From: Fimicolochytrium jonesii
Taxonomy: Eukaryota
Assembly: GCF_025526975.1 (NCBI RefSeq)
Contig: NW_026515676.1
Location: 744,001-808,000 of the forward strand
Direction: 5' to 3'
Length of the DNA: 64,000 nucleotides
A program made the translations under genes and the position numbers. Below, piece by piece: positions 58,201 through 64,000 of this stretch. A model generated the notes under the pieces. That model had not been told where the DNA came from. It did not search any database and saw only the letters and a program-made list of their open reading frames with translations. Each line of letters starts with the position of its first letter. The first letter of the stretch is position 1.

Positions 58201-60277
58201 ATACTCATAGAGTGACGGGTCCTTACGATTTGCTTCAGGCAGTCGATCCCAACATAGACTTCTGGCCATCTCTTCAGAAGCGTGGTATGCGTCAGGAACA
58301 TGGGAAAAGTGAGTTTGTGCAACGGCAAAGATATGTTCACAAACCTTTTCGTCCTTCGCACGGTTTATGCGGCCACACACAAACTCCAGACCGCGAAGAT
58401 CCAGGAACTCGGTGACGGTGTCGAAATCCATCTCGCTCGTCTCTGGTGGTGCAAGTCCAGCTTCTCTGTTTACCTCGCCTTTTCGGTGGTATTCCTGCGA
58501 GAAAAGTTGAGAGATGAGACGATCGGAGGCTCACGAGTGTGTTGCCACACGGATGATACCCACACGAAGGCATGCTAATTGGAACTTCAGGAAGAACGAG
58601 CAGAGCCACAGGAAACGCGCGTAGTGATGCTCCTGTACTTTGTCGCGCTCGGCTGCAAAGTCCCGTCTGATGGACTCCACCATGCCTAGAAGCGCGATTC
58701 CGTCAAATACCGACTCTTTGATCACAACCGATAGCGGCATCAGCAGAATACTCACAATTAAAGCAATTCGCCAAGAAAGCACTCGCCGTCTCGGAATAGA
58801 TTCTGGCCGCTTCCGAGCTTCTAACAGCCCGTGCCTTCTTCATCTCGTTCTGCCCCACTTTATTGCGCACCTCGCGTTGCGCACCCTTGTTTTTGTCCAG
58901 CGCTTCCTCGACGCTGTTGTAGGCGGCTGTTGGGTTGTGCACTGTGAAGGTTTGTCCGTCCTAAACATGAAATGCATACTTCAATGCATGCAGTCCCCGG
59001 TCATTCGACGCGATGGTGGTCCTTACGGTAAGCTTGAAAGACAACGTTCCGCCGAATCTCGAATGCCTCGTGGCTGCCTTCCGCGCCTGCTGCTTAAGCC
59101 GTTGTTCCTCGGCTCTCAAGGCAGCCAGTTCCGTCGACCGACTCTACGAAAACCGACCTATCAGCAGCCCATTTTTGCTGTCAGCGAACGCAATTTGGAA
59201 GGCGGACCTTTGCAGCCGAGACCAGATGCTCCGGATCACGCTCAAGGAAGAAGTAGTAGAAGATCTCCATTATGATCATGTTGTACTCGACGTATTCCCG
59301 GTCGTCCACTGAGCCCGCGAGAGACAGGAGGAGAGCGACGATGTCTGCCTTTTCCAAGTGTATGATCAAGTCTTCCTGTTGGGCATTACATCAGGAACCA
59401 GTCTTCCTTCGAATAAAGGCCAGGACGGGAATGCCAACGTGATTACCTGCAGGGTTGATCTCCGATACTTCTCCACCGTGGATGTGATGTCAGCCTGGTC
59501 ATCCCGGATGGCCAGGAGGTTGCGGAACAGTGTCAGGATCAGAGCGACAAATGTGTGATCTCTATCCGTCCTCTCCCTGCGAGAAAAACTTTGGCAGTGA
59601 GGCCGGAGCACACCAAATGGCGAGAACGATGGCTGATGCATCAACGGTCGTACCGGTATATCTTAGCAAACGGCTTGAGCAGTTGGTCCATAATAGCTTG
59701 GAGCACACCCTCTTGAAGGAATGCTTCCTTGTACCCTCTTTGAATCTCCTGCTGACCAGCAGCGTCGATCGATTCCGGGTCAACCGGCCATGTGAGAGGC
59801 ACAAATAGCTGGACTTTTTCACATAGACCGCGTTTAGTCGTCTTGCTCCTGCAGCCTTCGGCAGTCTGCCAAAATTCAACCCCTACAGTGCATACGCACC
59901 AACAGTCTGCGATATCTTCTCCTGCCCGGTCGCCTTTGCCGCCAATAGGATAGGTATCAAGTCCGTCTGCAGAATATTCCACCTCCCCAGCGCTCGCAAC
60001 ACAGTCTTTTCTTTCGAACTCTGGTCGTTTCGAAGCAGCTTCTTCAAGTCTCTCAAACAGGCTGACGATGACAATGGGGTTCAGTACGAGACCTTAACGC
60101 TGCTTGTCCCAAGTACCCCGACTAAGACTTCGTACCCAGCGTTTCGTCGCCCATGACATAGTACCGGCCTTCAACGAGCCCGACACCCTCCACAAAGCGC
60201 TCCGACTCCTCATATCCCCCCAGGGCCGCACATATAGACAGTAGGTGGGAGTCTCGTTGCGTTGTGTCGTCGTCCAT
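55205..60277 (-). CDS. TOF1: Timeless/Tof1/Swi1 fork-protection protein, multi-exon
   Basis: LLSICAALGGYE...YVMGDETL|ACLRDLKKLLR...LGRWNILQTDLIPIL, LTWP, LTLFRNLLAIRD, TRHSRFGG and VMFHRL. Last exon DSDSEAEETQGC*. Confidence 0.9.
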
Positions 60278-61539
60278 TGCGGCGGTAATATTGCTAGAAT
60301 TCTCCTTATTGTCGATGCTCAGCCAGAATCGAAGGACACTTTCCCGGTGAGTCTGTTGATAGGACTTCTTGCCGGATTCTCCGCTCTCCTATACAAGTGT
60401 TGCAAAATGCCTCTCCTCGGAAGGGCCTTTCGAGAAGTACAACCTTCTCCTATGCCATTGGGGAAGTCCAGATTCCAGATCGTTCAGAGTTCGGACAAAT
60501 GGAAAGCGTTTCGGACAAGAAGTGACCAGCGAATACAACAGCGCGGTCCTGTCAAAGTGAAAGCGTCAAAAAAGCGCTGTCAGCCACTTCCCGTCCTCGT
60601 GCCAGGCGTCACATAGGTATACTAAACTCCCAGCTGTCAGTCACGGGGACCGCCGTATCTATACGCCAGGCATATCTGCTGCCCATCACGCCCGTCCCTT
60701 TCCACACTGACCGCAAGCCTGTCCCTTCCACGCCTAACATGGAAACGTCAAACGTATAGCCCACTACTCACGCTCCATCTTTGCTCCCAGCAGAGATATA
60801 CTACCCCGGCTGTCAGTCAGGGGGACCATTTGAGCCATGCAAGCTAAGTTCAATACGCCTGTTCCATCAGGCATCAGCTGCTCAGCGACCCTTCCTATCC
60901 TTCTGTCCTCAACCTCCACAGATTCTAGCGTCATTCACACCAGCGTGCCGCCCCACACCGTGCCACGCAGTCCCTGCCGAGTCCCAGTCTCCCAGAGATT
61001 ATAAATTCGTGGAGTGACTGGGACTCGGGGAGGACTTCCAATGGCACCAATCCCTTACCTCCCTATCCTCCGGTGGTTGCGCATAGTCCCAGTTAGGTGA
61101 GAGGGGGGGATCGCTCCGAAGGAAGGCGTACCTTTTTAACCTTTTCGTCCCCAGTGACTCCTTGCTTTCCCGTATCTCCTTCTTCTGGGAAGAGCTAGAG
61201 CAATCCCTTGCTTTCATCCCCCACAAAGGCCGCCGAAAATTGAACCATCGCACTTTCTGGGCAGGTATCAGAGCGACTGAACTGTCACGCTCGGATGTTT
61301 GCCCCGGCAGTCCCTTGCGCTGTTCTCAATGCCTAATGCCAGCCAAAATGTCAAAGAGGCCAAATGCCCCTCTTTCGCATGTCCCTTCATGCGTCTCTCC
61401 GAATTCGAGAAGCAGGGGTCTCTCCTTCCTCCTTCCTTCTTCATCTATCAATCACTCTCACACCTGCGCCAAAACTTCCTCCAGCACAAGTAAAAAAAGG
61501 GGATGGGCTCCCTGAACGACGACACACACACCTCCAACA

Positions 61540-63822
61540 ATGAGTGAGCGCCTCTACCACGATGACTTCTTCGACGACTGGGGTGCGTTCCTGCACCTTG
61601 CGCCGGAGTGGGGAAGTCAGGACTGGACCGAGCGAGCTATGTCTGACGTGCATTCGTCTGAAGCTGACGGTGAGGAGGAAGAAAACCACAACGACGAAAA
61701 CGACGAAAACAACGACGACGACGACGGAGTTTACGAAGAATTCGAGAGCGACGAGCGTGAGCAGGAGACTACTGTGACCCAGTCTGGAAGGCTTATGCAG
61801 CATGATGGTGCGTTGCCTCTATTCGATCCCCATTCCTCAGGGCGACCTACATCGACATTAACGTTTTTATTGTTCTTCTCTCCAAATATTCCAGCCAACC
61901 ACCACCACCCCTACTCCACCCCCCCTCAAAAGCTCGAAGTCCTCCCCGTCGCCCCCGACGGTACCGTAATCACCGCCACAACGCACCTCCCACCCATTCA
62001 CATCTATCTCTCCAACTGGGGCCCTGAGCACGGTCGTGCCGGCGATACGCTCGAGCTCCTGTTCAACGCGCCGCAGACGTTCACATCCGCCGTGTACAGT
62101 GTTCAGTTCGGCTTTTATTTGGAGAATGCTGTTAGTCAGGTGGTGTTACATTCGGGCGCTGTGATGCTGTCGTTGGGCGTGCCGGAATTGAGCTGGACGG
62201 GGTATATGGAAAGCGATGTGCCGGTTGCGCTTGTGCTTGACGCGGGCGATGCGGGGAGGTGGGCTGGGCATGTTGGGTTGTTTGGGTATGTGGATGTCAA
62301 GATTGAACATGGTGAGCCTGCGCTTTCTTCCCTTCTCAACAATACATATCTGTGCTGATGTCAAATCGGGTATGCTTGCCAGGCAAACAAATCACATACT
62401 ATCCCAACGGCACCCATGACCCCCACATCGACCTACCCCCGACCCCACAAAGCTCGCTCTCACCCTCTCTTCCTGGGTCCGACGCCGATCTTAGCACCGA
62501 CGAAGACCGCCTCATGACACCGGACCTGAGCAACTGCACATGTAAGCCCTCTTTCCACATCCCCCATGCTACCTCGTCCCCCTCACTCTCATCTCCCACA
62601 GACGGCATCCCCATAATCCCGCAAACCCCACCCTTTCCCGGCCTCCTCGCCTCCCTCACTCCCCCCTCACCCGCCGACCACTTCCGCTGCAAGCACCCGA
62701 CAATGATGCCCATCAGCCCCGTGGCGTCCACCGCGTCGTCGTGGTCGTCGGATTCGTATTTTAGGTGTGCGGATGGGGTTAGGTGGAATGATGAGGAAGA
62801 AGTGGGCGTTGAGAAGGAGACGGAGGAGGGGGAGGAGAATGATATGGACGAGGAGAGCGAGGCGCGGGAGAGCAGCGCGGGCGAGATGGATGCGTGGGAG
62901 ATTGATGAGGCGATTGAGAGGATGGGTGATGCCAATGTGTGGTATGTCATCGCTGCCTCAAATATTCCGCGCAATCTTCGGCGATGCGATATATGTTTTT
63001 CGTGCTATACTGAACACATCCCCTTCAAACAAAATTCAAACAGGACACCTCAAGAACGCCAAGCAGGCCGACGGATCGTCCAAATCGTCCGCACGTTTCC
63101 AAACCCGACCACGCTCTCCTACAGGGTCACTCCGTACAACCCTTCCCTCCCGACGGCCGACCCATCATCTACACATCTCGTTTCAAGCATCAACTGGCGC
63201 GAGAAGGGCGGTTGTTATATTACTAGTGTTGAGTATGTGTACTATCTGAGTGTTTCTCGTGGGATAAACAATTTGGTGGGATTAACAAATTAGAAACGTT
63301 TTCGCTGATGTCTTTTGTGTTAGCTTTATCTCCATGTTGGAGTTTGTTCTGCAGCAACGGTAGGTATCGCGGGCGGTGGGAATTTTGAATTAATACAATG
63401 GAGAATACCATGCGGGCTGACCCAATCATCTTGCTTAATGCCTTTCTTCCTTGCTTAATACCTCCCAATCCCCCATCGTTTATCCCAAATATCCCCATCC
63501 CTCTTGTCGTTTCCCTTTCCTCATCTCCCAACAACTACCGCAATTTCACATCTTCAATGTCCCTCATTCCCCGACCCCCCCCCCCCCCCCCCCCAGCTAC
63601 ACAACCGAAGCCAAAAACCGGATACGCCGCAATCTCGAATCCCTCCGCCCCTGCACCATCTCCCGCAAACCCACCTCCTCCTTCTTCACCCAGATAATGG
63701 CCTACCCCAACCCGCGCCCGCGCAACATTGAGAAGGATATCAAGATCTACCCCTGGAGGAAGTTGAGGGGGGCTATCGGAAAAATTGTGGCGAAGAGGGA
63801 GAAGATCCTTTGGGGGGAGTGA
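61540..63822 (+). CDS. MedA/Medusa-like fungal regulator, multi-exon
   Basis: C-terminal family block VSSINWREKGGCYITSVE...EAKNRIRRNLESLRPCTIS...IMAYPNPRPRNIEKDIKIYPW. Confidence 0.8.
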
Positions 63823-63920
63823 GATACGAGAGCTGCGGGGGATGTCACACAGTCGGGAGAGGGCTCGCCCTCATTATTGGAGTTCTTTTTGGTCTTTTTT
63901 TGGGCGGATGAGGTCGGAGG

Positions 63921-63958
63921 CCTCGCCCGTCCTCGCCCGTCCTCGCCCGTCCTCGCCC
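63921..63958. repeat. 10-bp tandem repeat CCTCGCCCGT, about 3.8 copies
   Basis: Directly visible in the sequence. Confidence 0.9.
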
Positions 63959-64000
63959 TTTGCCGCGTCGCCGGCGAGCCCGTGCGTCCGTGAGCGTCGG

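Overview
Eukaryotic, intron-rich (GT-AG, short introns), GC-rich fungal DNA. The gene content suggests an early-diverging zoosporic fungus (chytrid-like), which is an inference. Conserved genes: PalB/calpain-7 (cut by the left edge), SED5 syntaxin-5, a CH-domain Cdc15-like kinase, ITC1/ACF1, fumarase, a UCH37/BAP1-family deubiquitinase, thioredoxin reductase, a PWWP-like protein, POL2, TOF1/Timeless and a MedA-like regulator. Accessory block 1 (about 1.8-7.3 kb) holds short ORFans, a probably truncated alpha/beta hydrolase and a dead DIRS-type tyrosine recombinase that begins at a perfect 44-bp palindrome. Accessory block 2 (about 22.4-34.7 kb) has decayed coding DNA flanking three secreted-protein genes: a hidden 3-exon six-cysteine prepropeptide, a two-repeat protein, and a GH5 mannanase with three minimal CBM10/dockerin-like modules. 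Best leads: the cysteine-rich peptide, a shared (GCGA)/(CAACCAT) element in two unrelated long introns, the triple-module mannanase, the CH-kinase-CaaX architecture, and a hairpin-dense non-coding segment at 37.6-38.5 kb. Gene models were spliced by eye and family calls come from recalled motifs, not database searches.
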